A stretch of DNA of 63,980 nt, filler included, from Acidimicrobiia bacterium (GCA_041619515.1; 5 parts of 5 records of this genome joined end to end with filler, not necessarily neighbours in it), one strand, 5' to 3'; numbered from the whole stretch's first letter, positions 18,379 through 28,333 are shown. Made by a program: numbers and translations. The notes: generated by a model from the sequence alone, not told the origin.

Positions 18379-19512
18379 CTAACCGCCGATGTTCTCGAGG
18401 TTGATCCCGACGATCTCGACGATCTCGCGGAGGTCGTCGTACTCGGAGTCGACCGCAGTGTCGATGCCGCTCCAGTCGTAGAAGTCGGCGTTTCCGATCG
18501 ACTCTTCCCAGTCCGGCGTTTCGGCAAAGGCCAGCAAGGCGGCTTCGATGTCGGCGCGGATGTCGGCCGGGAAGTCCGGACCGAACGACAGGGTGTCATT
18601 CGGGATCTCCGGCGAGATGGTCAGAATCTGGACCTTCTCGATCACGTCCGGCGCCTCAGTGCGCAGCCCGGCGCGGGCATCGAGGACCCGGAAGTCCTTG
18701 AGGCCGTCACCGTCCTCGTCGGTCCCGCAGCGGAGGTGGTCGCCGTCGCGCTGTACCTCGCAGGTGGGGATCAGCTCGTCTGGAACGTCCGGGAAGTCTC
18801 CGGGAGCCCACTGGGCACCGCCCGGCAGCAACGGCGGACTGAAGAAGGTGGTTCCGAAGTCGACCTCACCGAGGTACACGGCGCGCACCGTTCCGGTGTG
18901 CCCGCCGGCGGATACCTCTTCACCCGGTGCGATGTTGTTGTCCTGCCACATCAGGCTCGGGACCATGAAGCCGGACGTCGACCCGGCGTCGGGATATCCC
19001 CACTTGAGGCCGTCGAGGTCGGCAATCGACGTGTAGCCGGCCTCACGGGGCACGATGACCTGTGCCCAGTACACCGGCCAGCCGAACCGCACTGCCTTGA
19101 AGGCCACATCCACGTCGCACAGGTTGTTGGCCAGGATGTAACCGAGGCCGGGGATGAACCCCATGCTGTTCTCCGGTGACGAGCACATCTCCTCGATGGT
19201 CGAGGCGTAGCTCGTCGGCACGCTCACCTCGAAAGTGAGGCCGGTTGCCGCATTGAGAGCCTCGGCCATGATCTCGCCACCACTGACGATGACATCGGTG
19301 TTCACCGACGGTACGAACAGCACCCGAATCGGGTTCTCGGGGCTTCCGACGGTTGCCATCGGCTCGGTGGTCGTCGTGGTCGCCGGTGCCACCGTGGTCG
19401 TAGTCGCCGGCGCGGCCGTGGTCGTCGTCTCGTCGGCGGCGTCATCGCCCCCACACGCGGCGGCAACCATTGCCAGCACGGCAAATAGCGCTATCAGTTT
19501 CCGTAATCTCAT
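18379..19512 (-). CDS. phnD: Phosphate/phosphite/phosphonate-binding lipoprotein
   Basis: Lipobox VAAAC, Thr-rich linker, STSGF motif, operon with phnC/E. Confidence 0.88.
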   Translation of the reverse strand: MRLRKLIALFAVLAMVAAACGGDDAADETTTTAAPATTTTVAPATTTTTEPMATVGSPENPIRVLFVPSVNTDVIVSGGEIMAEALNAATGLTFEVSVPTSYASTIEEMCSSPENSMGFIPGLGYILANNLCDVDVAFKAVRFGWPVYWAQVIVPREAGYTSIADLDGLKWGYPDAGSTSGFMVPSLMWQDNNIAPGEEVSAGGHTGTVRAVYLGEVDFGTTFFSPPLLPGGAQWAPGDFPDVPDELIPTCEVQRDGDHLRCGTDEDGDGLKDFRVLDARAGLRTEAPDVIEKVQILTISPEIPNDTLSFGPDFPADIRADIEAALLAFAETPDWEESIGNADFYDWSGIDTAVDSEYDDLREIVEIVGINLENIGG

Positions 19513-19520
19513 AATTGCCT

Positions 19521-20120
19521 CTACTCCTTATCTTCCGCGGAGGCCCCCCGAAGGCTACTCCCTTCCCTCGCGAGGTCATTCACGAAACCCTCGAACTCCT
19601 CCCAATCCCTCACATCGTGCACGCCTGGAACCGGGTGATTCCAGGGCCGAACGAATCTGCAGACGTGGGACTCGGTCCTGTGCTGATGAATCACTTCGAT
19701 CTGGCCGGGGGCGTCGTCGAGGTAGACGTCGCAGGCAACGGGCCATTTGGGCTCGTGCATGCCGACGATGTGGACCTCCCGGGTGGGAAGCCGCCGATCG
19801 GCAATCCAGGCGAACGTGTCGGCAACCGCCCAGTCTGGCTTGGCGGTGATGATCACGATGTGGTGGTCGGCGGAGAGCCGCTCGAGGGCCGGCACCGCCC
19901 CGGCATGAGTTTCGAGGTGTCGAAACAGGCTGCCGTTCCCGAAGTCCTTCGCCCACTCCCAGAAGGCGTCCATGTCGGTGAAGTGGGTGAGCGGCTCGAT
20001 CCCATCCCAGGTGGTGACTGCGTCGATCGGGATCTCGGCGCCGAATTCGGCGTTGTACTGGTCGATCCAACCCTTGTTGAAGTCACTGACCACGCCGTCG
20101 AGGTCGATCCCGAGCCGCAT
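19521..20120 (-). CDS. 5'(3')-deoxyribonucleotidase (NT5C, HAD family)
   Basis: GIDLDGV motif I, YLDDAP motif IV, RPWN; TAGAAT-N7-ATG. Confidence 0.88.
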   Translation of the reverse strand: MRLGIDLDGVVSDFNKGWIDQYNAEFGAEIPIDAVTTWDGIEPLTHFTDMDAFWEWAKDFGNGSLFRHLETHAGAVPALERLSADHHIVIITAKPDWAVADTFAWIADRRLPTREVHIVGMHEPKWPVACDVYLDDAPGQIEVIHQHRTESHVCRFVRPWNHPVPGVHDVRDWEEFEGFVNDLAREGSSLRGASAEDKE

Positions 20121-20161
20121 CGCTGCGATTCTATGCCCACGCCGGACGGGGAGCGTAATGC

Positions 20162-20190
20162 TTGTTATCGAACACCTGTTCGGGTAGCGT
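20162..20190 (+). promoter_or_regulatory. recA distal SigA promoter with a LexA SOS box in the spacer
   Basis: TTGTTA-17-TAGCGT with TCGAAC-acct-GTTCGG at 20168-20183. Confidence 0.8.
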
Positions 20191-20273
20191 TGCCAGCGCC
20201 TGCCGGATAGACTTACACGCCTGTAGTTCTCGCGGTGGGGGCTCGTAGCAACAGGGCTCGCAGCAAGAGATTG

Positions 20274-20295
20274 TGTCACAGCCGGCTTGTACCTT
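20274..20295 (+). promoter_or_regulatory. recA proximal RecA-NDp/PafBC-type promoter
   Basis: TGTCAC-N10-TACCTT, matching TGTC(G/A)N-N10-TANNNT. Confidence 0.72.
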
Positions 20296-20326
20296 CGGGG
20301 AGAGTCGAATCAGGAAAGGGAAACCA

Positions 20327-22456
20327 GTGGAGCAAGACAAAGCCCTCGACATGGCCGTGTCCCAGATCGAGAAGCAGTTCGGCACCGGCGCCATCATGAA
20401 GATGGGCGAGGGTGCCATACGGAATGTGAAATCGATCTCGACCGGCGCCCTCTCCCTCGATATCGCCCTCGGCATCGGCGGCGTCCCGCGGGGGCGGATC
20501 GTTGAGATATTCGGACCGGAGAGCAGCGGGAAAACCACGTTGGCTCTGCATGTCGTCGCCGAAGCCCAGCGAAATGGAGGGATCGCTGCCTTCATCGATG
20601 CCGAGCACGCCCTCGACCCGGTGTATGCCAAGGCGTTGGGGGTCGACGTCGACGAGCTGTTCATCTCCCAACCCGATACCGGCGAGCAAGCGCTCGAGAT
20701 CGCCGACATGCTCATCCGCTCGGGTGCCCTCGATGTCGTGGTGGTCGATTCGGTGGCCGCGCTCGTGCCCCGGGCCGAGATCGAAGGCGAGATGGGTCAG
20801 AGCCACGTTGGGCTCCAGGCCCGGCTCATGTCGCAGGCGCTCCGCAAGCTGGCCGGGACCATCAACCGCTCCGATACCACTGCCATCTTCATCAATCAGC
20901 TGCGCGAGAAGATTGGCGTGATGTTCGGATGTTTCCAGTATTCGACCCGCGTCACGTTGGCAGACGGGACCCAGGAGAAGATCGGCAAGATCGTCAACCA
21001 GAAGATGGACGTCGAGGTGATGGCGGTCGATCCCGAGACCGGCGACGTCGGCGCCCGCCGGGTCGTGAACTGGTTCGACAACGGCAACGCCGAGAAGTTC
21101 CTGCAATTCACCGTCTACAAGCCAGCAGGAAACGGCCGGGCACAGTTCGCGGCCACCGAGCCACACCTCGTAGCCACTCCCGGTGGCTGGCGTCCTGCCG
21201 GCGAGCTCACGGTTGGGGACAAGGTGCTCATGCCGCTGCCTTCCTATCTCTCCGAGCAACAACGCCAGCTGGTGCTCGGCGGCCTGATGGGCGATGGCTC
21301 GATTTCCACGAAGCCCGTCCACGGCGCCGGCGTGACGATGAAATCGCGGTTCCGGTTCGGCCACGGGCCCAAGCAAGACTCCTATGCCACATGGAAAGCA
21401 GATCTCCTCGAGGGGGTTCCGCTCTCGATGAGCTCTCACTCCAAGGGTGGATTGATGGTCGAGACCACTCCACTGGTGGAGCTCGATGAGCTGCGAGAGG
21501 CCGTGTACGTCGGCGGGAAGAAGGTCTTCAGCTGGGACTACCTCAAAGAGCTGACGCCCTTCGCCCTGGCCATCTGGTACATGGATGACGGCTCGTTCGC
21601 GCTGCGGCGCAACGACGGGTCGGCCGGGCGCTCGGACATCGTGGTAGAGGCAATGGAGGCTTCGTCCCGGCGGAGGCTCGTGTCACTGCTCCGTGACAGC
21701 TTCGGCTTGTCTGTGAAGCTGCAACAGCGGGCGGGCAAAGCGGTCTTCGTCTTCGACCGGGACGGGACAGAAGCTCTGCATGCGCTGATCGCACCGTATG
21801 TGCCCGAATGTATGGACTACAAGCTCTTGGCGCATCATCGGGGCAAGTATGCCGTTTCCGTGGAGCCCGGCCGGAAACGGATGAAGCTCCATGCCACCCC
21901 CATATTGGACGTGCATGTGAAGCCGTCCACGCGGAGCATGCGTCGCTTCGACATCGAGGTCGAAGGACTGCACAACTACCTCGTGGATGGAGTGATGGTG
22001 CACAACTCACCGGAAACCACCCCCGGCGGCCGGGCGCTCAAGTTCTACGCCTCCACCCGCATCGATATCCGTCGCATCGAGTCGATCAAAGACGGGTCGG
22101 ACTTCACCGGCAACCGGGTAAAGGCCAAGATCGTCAAGAACAAGGTGGCGCCGCCGTTCAAGATCGCCGAGTTCGACATCATGTTCGGGAAGGGCATCTC
22201 CCGTGAGGGCAGCCTCATCGACGTTGCCGTCGAGCACGACATCGTGCGCAAGAGCGGTGCCTGGTACACCTACGACGGTGACCAGCTCGGTCAGGGCCGG
22301 GAGAAGGCCAAAGCCTTCTTGCAGGAGAATCCGGACGTGGCCATTCAATTGCAGGCCCGGGTGCTGGAGGCGGTCGGCCTTGCCGATCCGGTCGGTGCAC
22401 CGGAGGCCGAGGCTGTGACGGATGCCGACGAGGAGCTCGAGAAGGCGGACGAATAG
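20327..22456 (+). CDS. recA: Recombinase RecA precursor containing an intein
   Basis: [32 protein letters not shown]|intein|[17 protein letters not shown] 20327. Confidence 0.98.
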   Translation: MEQDKALDMAVSQIEKQFGTGAIMKMGEGAIRNVKSISTGALSLDIALGIGGVPRGRIVEIFGPESSGKTTLALHVVAEAQRNGGIAAFIDAEHALDPVYAKALGVDVDELFISQPDTGEQALEIADMLIRSGALDVVVVDSVAALVPRAEIEGEMGQSHVGLQARLMSQALRKLAGTINRSDTTAIFINQLREKIGVMFGCFQYSTRVTLADGTQEKIGKIVNQKMDVEVMAVDPETGDVGARRVVNWFDNGNAEKFLQFTVYKPAGNGRAQFAATEPHLVATPGGWRPAGELTVGDKVLMPLPSYLSEQQRQLVLGGLMGDGSISTKPVHGAGVTMKSRFRFGHGPKQDSYATWKADLLEGVPLSMSSHSKGGLMVETTPLVELDELREAVYVGGKKVFSWDYLKELTPFALAIWYMDDGSFALRRNDGSAGRSDIVVEAMEASSRRRLVSLLRDSFGLSVKLQQRAGKAVFVFDRDGTEALHALIAPYVPECMDYKLLAHHRGKYAVSVEPGRKRMKLHATPILDVHVKPSTRSMRRFDIEVEGLHNYLVDGVMVHNSPETTPGGRALKFYASTRIDIRRIESIKDGSDFTGNRVKAKIVKNKVAPPFKIAEFDIMFGKGISREGSLIDVAVEHDIVRKSGAWYTYDGDQLGQGREKAKAFLQENPDVAIQLQARVLEAVGLADPVGAPEAEAVTDADEELEKADE
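20930..22006 (+). mobile_element. Intein with LAGLIDADG homing endonuclease (359 aa)
   Basis: Starts [13 protein letters not shown], ends VMVHN before Ser+1; LGGLMGDGS and AIWYMDDGS motifs. Confidence 0.95.
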
Positions 22457-22482
22457 TCGGGTTCGGTCCAGAGCGCGTACGG

Positions 22483-22665
22483 TACACTCATGAGCAGCAC
22501 ACAAACTCTTGAAACCTGAGAGCCAGCGAAAATGTTCAAAGCCACGCCACGGATGCCGGCGGTGATGTAGCGCACCCCGACGTTGTGTGCGTGGCTTTGT
22601 GTTTGTGTGCCGGGCACGGCGTTGCTTGGCATGCACTCGTTCTGGCCCTCTGAAATGGGGACATC
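22483..22665 (+). promoter_or_regulatory. rny promoter and structured 5' leader (putative cis-regulatory RNA)
   Basis: -10 TACACT at 22483-22488; perfect helices 22497-22506/22601-22610 and 22537-22547/22589-22599. Confidence 0.55.
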
Positions 22666-24165
22666 ATGGATTGGGTCGTTGCCATCATCGGTCTGGTTGC
22701 GGGCGTCAGTCTCGGCATCGGAATCGCCTGGCTGCGGGGCCGGAGCCAGACCTCGGATCGGGTCTTGCGCGAGGCGGAGCGGACACTGGAGCGTGCCGAG
22801 CTGGAGGCAAAGGAGAAGGCGCTCACCTACCGCGACGCCGAGGAGGCGGCTTTGGGTGCCAGGCGCCTCGAAGTGCAGGCAATCGAGGAGCGCCTCACCC
22901 AGCGCGAGGCAACCCTCGAGCAGCGCACGGCCAACCTGTCCCAACGCGAGGACCACCTCCACGCCCGCGAACAGGAGATCGCAGCCCTCCGGAGCGAGGT
23001 CGAGCAGCTCATGGAGCAAGCCCGGTCACAGCTGGAGGAAGTCAGCCAATTCGACAGCCAGGCCGCCAAGGCGGCCCTGCTCGAACGAGTTGAGGATGAG
23101 GCTCGTCGCGAGGCCATGGTGTTGGTGCGGGAGCTGGAGATCAAGGCCCGCGAGGAGGCCGACCGCCGGGCACGGCGCATCCTCACGACCTCGATACAAC
23201 GGCTGGCGGCCGAGGTCACCTCGGATTCGACCGTCTCGGTGGTGTCGCTGCCATCCGACGACATGAAGGGCCGCATCATCGGTCGCGACGGACGCAACAT
23301 CAAGGCGTTCGAGGCAATCACCGGCGTCGATCTCGTCGTCGACGACACGCCCGAGGCGGTAACCATCTCCACCTTCGACCCAATCCGGCGTGAGGTCGCT
23401 CGCGTAGCCCTGCAGAACCTGGTCGTCGACGGCCGAATCCACCCGGGATCGATTGAAGAGGCTCATGCGAAGGCGCAATCCGAGGTGGAGCAGAGTGTGC
23501 GGGACGCCGGGGAGTGGGCCCTGCTCGACGTCGGCGTGTCCCGGGTGCACGTCGAGCTGGTCACGCTCCTCGGCAGGCTCAAGTATCGCACGTCGTACGG
23601 TCAAAACGTGCTCGGCCACTCGGTCGAGGCCGCCCACATCGCCGGCATGCTCGCCTCCGAACTGGGCATCGACCCGACCGAGGCGAAACGGGCGGCGCTG
23701 CTCCACGATCTCGGCAAGGCCGTGAGCCACGAGGTAGGGGGCAGCCACGCCCTGGTGGGGGCCGAGATCGCCCGCCGGTTCGACGAGAGCCCGGCGATCG
23801 TCCATGCCATCGAGGCTCATCACAGCGAAGTCGAGCCGCGCACGCTGCTGGCGGTGATCACCCAGGCCGCCGACGCCGTCTCGGCTGCACGTCCGGGCGC
23901 CCGTCGCGAGACGCTCGAATCGTATGTGCGTCGCCTGGAGCGAATCGAGGAGATGGCAGGTTCCTTCGACGGAGTCGACCGGGTGTTTGCGATGCAAGCC
24001 GGACGCGACGTCCGGGTTGTCGTGGATCCCGGCAAGATCTCCGACCTGGAAGCCGGCGACCTCGCTCGCAGGATTGCCAAGCGGATCGAGGACGGCCTGC
24101 AGTATCCGGGCCAAATCCAGGTGACCGTGGTCCGCGAGCTGCGCGCAACCGCTTTCGCCCGCTGA
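22666..24165 (+). CDS. rny: Ribonuclease Y
   Basis: N-terminal TM, coiled coil, KH MKGRIIGRDGRNI, HD motif LLHDLGK. Confidence 0.97.
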   Translation: MDWVVAIIGLVAGVSLGIGIAWLRGRSQTSDRVLREAERTLERAELEAKEKALTYRDAEEAALGARRLEVQAIEERLTQREATLEQRTANLSQREDHLHAREQEIAALRSEVEQLMEQARSQLEEVSQFDSQAAKAALLERVEDEARREAMVLVRELEIKAREEADRRARRILTTSIQRLAAEVTSDSTVSVVSLPSDDMKGRIIGRDGRNIKAFEAITGVDLVVDDTPEAVTISTFDPIRREVARVALQNLVVDGRIHPGSIEEAHAKAQSEVEQSVRDAGEWALLDVGVSRVHVELVTLLGRLKYRTSYGQNVLGHSVEAAHIAGMLASELGIDPTEAKRAALLHDLGKAVSHEVGGSHALVGAEIARRFDESPAIVHAIEAHHSEVEPRTLLAVITQAADAVSAARPGARRETLESYVRRLERIEEMAGSFDGVDRVFAMQAGRDVRVVVDPGKISDLEAGDLARRIAKRIEDGLQYPGQIQVTVVRELRATAFAR

Positions 24166-24282
24166 GCCACCGTTCCCGTCCCTCAGGGAAGGTGGCCTCC
24201 GCGCATGGATTGCGCCGATGCCCGCCCCTCGGAGAACGGGTCTTCGCGCCCGCTTGAGGCCGAACCCGACTAACTTCGCCCC

Positions 24283-25650
24283 ATGACGATCCTCGGTTTG
24301 CCGCGCGTTCGCGAGCGGCGCACGCCCACCCGCACCGGCCGCACGTACCACCTGCGGACGTTCGGCTGCCAAATGAACGTTCACGACAGCGAAGGCATCG
24401 CCGGATTGCTCGAAGCCGACGGGATGGTCCCTGCCGGTGACCCGGATGCCGCCGACCTCGTCGTGTTCAACACCTGCTGTATCCGCGAGAACGCCGATGA
24501 CAAGCTCTACGGATCGTTGGGCATGCTCAAGCGGGTAAAGGATCAGCGGCCGGGGATGCTCATCGCCGTTGGCGGCTGTTTGGCGCAAAAGGACCGTGAC
24601 CTGGTTCGGGAGAAGGCGCCGTGGGTGGATGTGGTCTTCGGGACCCACAACCTCAGGCGGGTCGTGTCACTGCTCGACTATGCCGAGGAGTGGGGCCCGG
24701 TCACCGAGATCCTCGAGGAGAGCGAAGACGTCACCGTGGTGCCGACCAAGCGCGAGTCGGCTCACAGCGCCTGGGTCACCATCATGATCGGGTGCAACAA
24801 CTCGTGCACGTTCTGCATCGTCCCCTCGGTGCGCGGGGGAGAGATCAGCCGCCGCCCGGGTGACATCGTCCGCGAGGTGCAGGAGCTCGTGTCCGACGGC
24901 GTGGTGGAGGTGACGCTGCTCGGCCAGAACGTCAACTCCTACGGGCGCGACCTCGAATTGGGAGGCCGCAAACCGTTGTTCGCGGAGCTGTTGCGGCGGG
25001 TGGGAGCGGTCGATGGGCTCCGCCGGATTCGCTATACCAGCCCGCACCCGAAGGACTTCCGGGAGGATGTGGCGCTCGCCATGGCCGAGACGCCAGCGGT
25101 CTGCGAGCAGCTCCACATGCCGCTCCAATCGGGCAGCGATCGAGTGCTGGCCGCCATGCACCGTGGGTACAACGCTGAGCGGTTCCTCGCCAAAGTGGAG
25201 CTGGCGCGGGCCCACATACCCGGTCTGGCGCTGTCCACCGACGTCATCGTCGGGTTCCCAGGGGAGTCCGAGGCAGACTTCCAGGCCACCCTCGACGTTG
25301 TCTCCGCTGCCAGGTTCGACTCGGCGTTCACGTTCATCTTCTCGCCCCGGCCCGGCACCGCCGCCGCCGCCATGGAGGACGACTTCCTCGATCCCGCCGT
25401 CATCCAGGAGCGCTACGGAAGGCTGGTCGAGCTGCAGACCGCTATCGGCCTCGAGGCCAACGAGGCCCTCGTGGGCAGCACCGTCGAGGTCCTCGTCGAG
25501 GGGCCGTCGAAGACCGACGCCGCCATGGTCTCGGGCCGCACCCGTACCAACAAGCTCGTTCATTTTCCCGGTTCTGCCCCGGCCGGTTCCTTCGCAGCGG
25601 TCCGCATCGATCGGGCTGCACCGCACTTTCTCGTGGGGGCCCTCGCCTGA
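24283..25650 (+). CDS. miaB: tRNA-i6A37 methylthiotransferase
   Basis: TFGCQMN, NTCCIRE, GCNNSCTFC radical-SAM motif, TRAM domain. Confidence 0.97.
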   Translation: MTILGLPRVRERRTPTRTGRTYHLRTFGCQMNVHDSEGIAGLLEADGMVPAGDPDAADLVVFNTCCIRENADDKLYGSLGMLKRVKDQRPGMLIAVGGCLAQKDRDLVREKAPWVDVVFGTHNLRRVVSLLDYAEEWGPVTEILEESEDVTVVPTKRESAHSAWVTIMIGCNNSCTFCIVPSVRGGEISRRPGDIVREVQELVSDGVVEVTLLGQNVNSYGRDLELGGRKPLFAELLRRVGAVDGLRRIRYTSPHPKDFREDVALAMAETPAVCEQLHMPLQSGSDRVLAAMHRGYNAERFLAKVELARAHIPGLALSTDVIVGFPGESEADFQATLDVVSAARFDSAFTFIFSPRPGTAAAAMEDDFLDPAVIQERYGRLVELQTAIGLEANEALVGSTVEVLVEGPSKTDAAMVSGRTRTNKLVHFPGSAPAGSFAAVRIDRAAPHFLVGALA

Positions 25651-26540
25651 GCCTGCTGGCGGTAGTCGGCCCGACGGCCTCCGGCAAGAGTGCCCTCGCA
25701 TGCACCCTCGCGCAGCAAATCGGTGCTGAGATCATCTCGGTTGACTCAATGCAGGTGTATCGCGGCATGGACATCGGCACGGCCAAGCCGAACCTGGCCG
25801 AGCGGTCTCGCCTGCCGCACCATCTCATCGATGTCGTGGAGCCAGACGAGGAGTTCACGGTGGCGGAAACCCAGCGGTGCGGGCGCCGGGCCCTGACCAC
25901 CGCCCGCGGCCCGATGATCATCGCCGGAGGTAGCGGGCTGGCTTTCCGGGCGATCGTCGATCCCCTCGAGTTCCCAGGGCGCGACCCGCAGGCCCGGCGG
26001 CAGCTGGAGGCTCTCGACCTCGCCACGCTGCGCCGGCAATTGGAGGCGTTGGATCCGGACGCCGCCGACCATGTCGACCTCGCCAACCCCCGCCGGGTGG
26101 TGCGGGCCTTGGAGATTCATGCTGTGACCGGTGCGACCCCCAGCCGTCGGGCGAAATCACCGGAGGCGGCTGCCGTCCGGGAGTATGTCCCACTCCACCC
26201 GTTCCGGGCTGTCGGCCTCGACCCGGGCGATCGGCTCGAGACCCGTGTCGTCCGCCGTTTCGACGGGATGCTCGAGGCCGGGTTGCTCGACGAGGTGGCA
26301 GGGCTGGCGGGGCGTTTGGGGCGCACCGCCGCCCAGGCAGTCGGATACAAGGAGCTGCTGCCGGTGGTTGCGGGGGAGCGTCCCCTGGCGGCGGGCCGGG
26401 AGGAAGCGATTGCGGCCACCCTGGCCGTGGCTGCCCGGCAGCGGACCTATTTTCGGCGTGATCCACGAATTCGCTGGCTGGAGTGGGATGATGATCCGGC
26501 AGTGCGAGCCGAACGTGCTCGCCGGGAGCTTGATCTATGA
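25647..26540 (+). CDS. miaA: tRNA dimethylallyltransferase (apparent CTG start)
   Basis: LLAVVGPTASGKS P-loop is in frame upstream of DSMQVYRGMDIGTAKP; only CTG 25647 (CTGA overlap with the miaB stop) can include it. Confidence 0.93.
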   Translation: MSLLAVVGPTASGKSALACTLAQQIGAEIISVDSMQVYRGMDIGTAKPNLAERSRLPHHLIDVVEPDEEFTVAETQRCGRRALTTARGPMIIAGGSGLAFRAIVDPLEFPGRDPQARRQLEALDLATLRRQLEALDPDAADHVDLANPRRVVRALEIHAVTGATPSRRAKSPEAAAVREYVPLHPFRAVGLDPGDRLETRVVRRFDGMLEAGLLDEVAGLAGRLGRTAAQAVGYKELLPVVAGERPLAAGREEAIAATLAVAARQRTYFRRDPRIRWLEWDDDPAVRAERARRELDL

Positions 26541-27301
26541 GATTCGTGAAGATGGAAGGGCTCGGGAACGATTTCGTCGTCTTCGAGGGGCCCCTGCAAC
26601 CGTCGACGTCCAGTGTCGCGGCCTGGTGTGATCGGCGCCGGGGCATCGGCGCCGACGGTGTGCTGGTCGCCACTCCGCTCGACCGGGGCGTGGTTCGGAT
26701 GGAGTACTGGAACGCCGACGGCGGGCGGGCCGAGATGTGCGGAAACGGCCTGCGCTGTGTTGCCCGTCTCGGCTTCGACCGGGGCTGGACCGACGAGCGA
26801 GCGTTCGTTGTGCAGACGGATATGGGCGACTACCCGGTAGAGGTCAAGGAGTCGGGACGGGTTCGCGCCATGCTCGGGCGTCCTGAACCGGCCGGCGAGG
26901 AGGCGGCGATGTGGGTGGCGGGAGCCGAGGTGCGACCCATCAGTCTGGGGAATCCGCACGCGGTTCTCTTCGTGGAGAACACCAGGGAGGCACCGGTGAG
27001 GACGCTGGGTCCCGTCATCGAGGTGGCGGAACAGTTCCCGGGCCGCACCAACGTGGAATTCGTGCAGATCAAGGATGCGCGGCGGCTCGAGGTTCGCACC
27101 TGGGAGCGAGGTGTCGGCGAGACCCTCGCCTGTGGGACCGGCGCCGGGGCGGCGGCGGTGGTGGCGAACCGGGCGGGGCTGGCGGGCGATTCTGTGACTG
27201 TCGGTCTCCTGGGCGGTGACCTCGAAGTCGAGCTGGACGGGGACACCGTTTGGATGGAGGGCCCAGCCACCTATGTGTTCGAGGGGGAGCTGGCCAACTA
27301 G
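26537..27301 (+). CDS. dapF: Diaminopimelate epimerase
   Basis: GLGNDF, EMCGNGLRC, GNPH, ERGVGETLACGTG. Confidence 0.96.
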   Translation: MRFVKMEGLGNDFVVFEGPLQPSTSSVAAWCDRRRGIGADGVLVATPLDRGVVRMEYWNADGGRAEMCGNGLRCVARLGFDRGWTDERAFVVQTDMGDYPVEVKESGRVRAMLGRPEPAGEEAAMWVAGAEVRPISLGNPHAVLFVENTREAPVRTLGPVIEVAEQFPGRTNVEFVQIKDARRLEVRTWERGVGETLACGTGAGAAAVVANRAGLAGDSVTVGLLGGDLEVELDGDTVWMEGPATYVFEGELAN

Positions 27302-27672
27302 TCCTGGCTGTCCCGGGTGCCCTCGTCGATGAATTCGAGGCGGTTCCCGAACGGGTCGAAGGTGTGGAATCTCGTGCGCCCGGCGAGCGCCACCTCCCAT
27401 TCGACCGGATACCCTGCCGACTCGAGCAGGACGGCCAGCGCATCCGCCTCCTGCCAGCGGAACCCGGGATGGGCCTTGCGGGCGGGGGTGAACGCCTGGT
27501 CGACCCCGAGGTGCAGCTCGATATCGCCGAGGCGGAGCCACGCACCGCCCCGTGCTTGCAGCGCCGGTGGCTTGGGAATCTCTTCGAATCCGAGCAGATC
27601 GAGATAGAACGCCCTGGCTGCGGCCTCGCCGCCGGCCGGGATGGCGACCTGAACGTGATCGATTCGTTTCAG
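27298..27672 (-). CDS. VOC/glyoxalase family protein (apparent CTG start; absent from the ORF track)
   Basis: Manual translation: (L)KRIDHVQVAIPAGGEAAARAFYLDLLGFEEIPKP...KAHPGF...DPFGNRLEF, 124 aa; CTGA overlap with the lexA stop. Confidence 0.88.
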   Translation of the reverse strand: MKRIDHVQVAIPAGGEAAARAFYLDLLGFEEIPKPPALQARGGAWLRLGDIELHLGVDQAFTPARKAHPGFRWQEADALAVLLESAGYPVEWEVALAGRTRFHTFDPFGNRLEFIDEGTRDSQD

Positions 27673-28283
27673 CGAATCCCTCGCATCACGGCCACGACCT
27701 TGCCGATCAGCTCGACCCCGTCGGTGAACACCATCGGCTCGAGGGCCGGGTTCTCGGGGTGGAGGATCACGGCGCCGTCCTTGCGTTGGAGGCGCTTGAC
27801 CGTGGCTTCTTCTCCGTCGATGAGCGCCGCCACGATTTCTCCGTCGAGTGCGTCGGGCTGACGGTGGATGACCACCAGGTCGCCGTCCAGGATGCCGGCG
27901 TCGATCATGGAGTCGCCCTTCACCCGCAGCATGAAGATGGGGCCATCCCCAACCAGCTCGACCGGAAGTGGGTACACATCCTCGATGTCCTCCTCAGCCA
28001 GGATGGGTGATCCGGCGGCGATCCGGCCAACCAGAGGCACCCGGCGCACGTCGGCTGGGTGGGAGTCGTCGTCGAGCACCTCGATCGCCCGGGGCTTGGT
28101 CGGATCGCGTCGCAGATGGCCGGTGGCTTCGAGGGTGGAGAGGTGGCTGTGCACGGTCGAGGGTGAGCTCAAGCCCACAGCCTCGCCGATTTCCCGAACC
28201 GACGGCGGATAGCCCCGGTCGGCCACCGTGTCCCGGATGTAGTCGAGGATTTCCCGCTGCCGTGTCGAAATGTCTGTTCCCAC
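27669..28283 (-). CDS. lexA: SOS repressor LexA
   Basis: GYPPSVREIG wHTH, AG cleavage site (IAAG), GDSM Ser and ATVK Lys. Confidence 0.98.
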   Translation of the reverse strand: MGTDISTRQREILDYIRDTVADRGYPPSVREIGEAVGLSSPSTVHSHLSTLEATGHLRRDPTKPRAIEVLDDDSHPADVRRVPLVGRIAAGSPILAEEDIEDVYPLPVELVGDGPIFMLRVKGDSMIDAGILDGDLVVIHRQPDALDGEIVAALIDGEEATVKRLQRKDGAVILHPENPALEPMVFTDGVELIGKVVAVMRGIR

Positions 28284-28333
28284 GATCTACTCCTTTTGCT
28301 TGGCCTTGACCGTAGCAACCGGACTCTCGAAAA

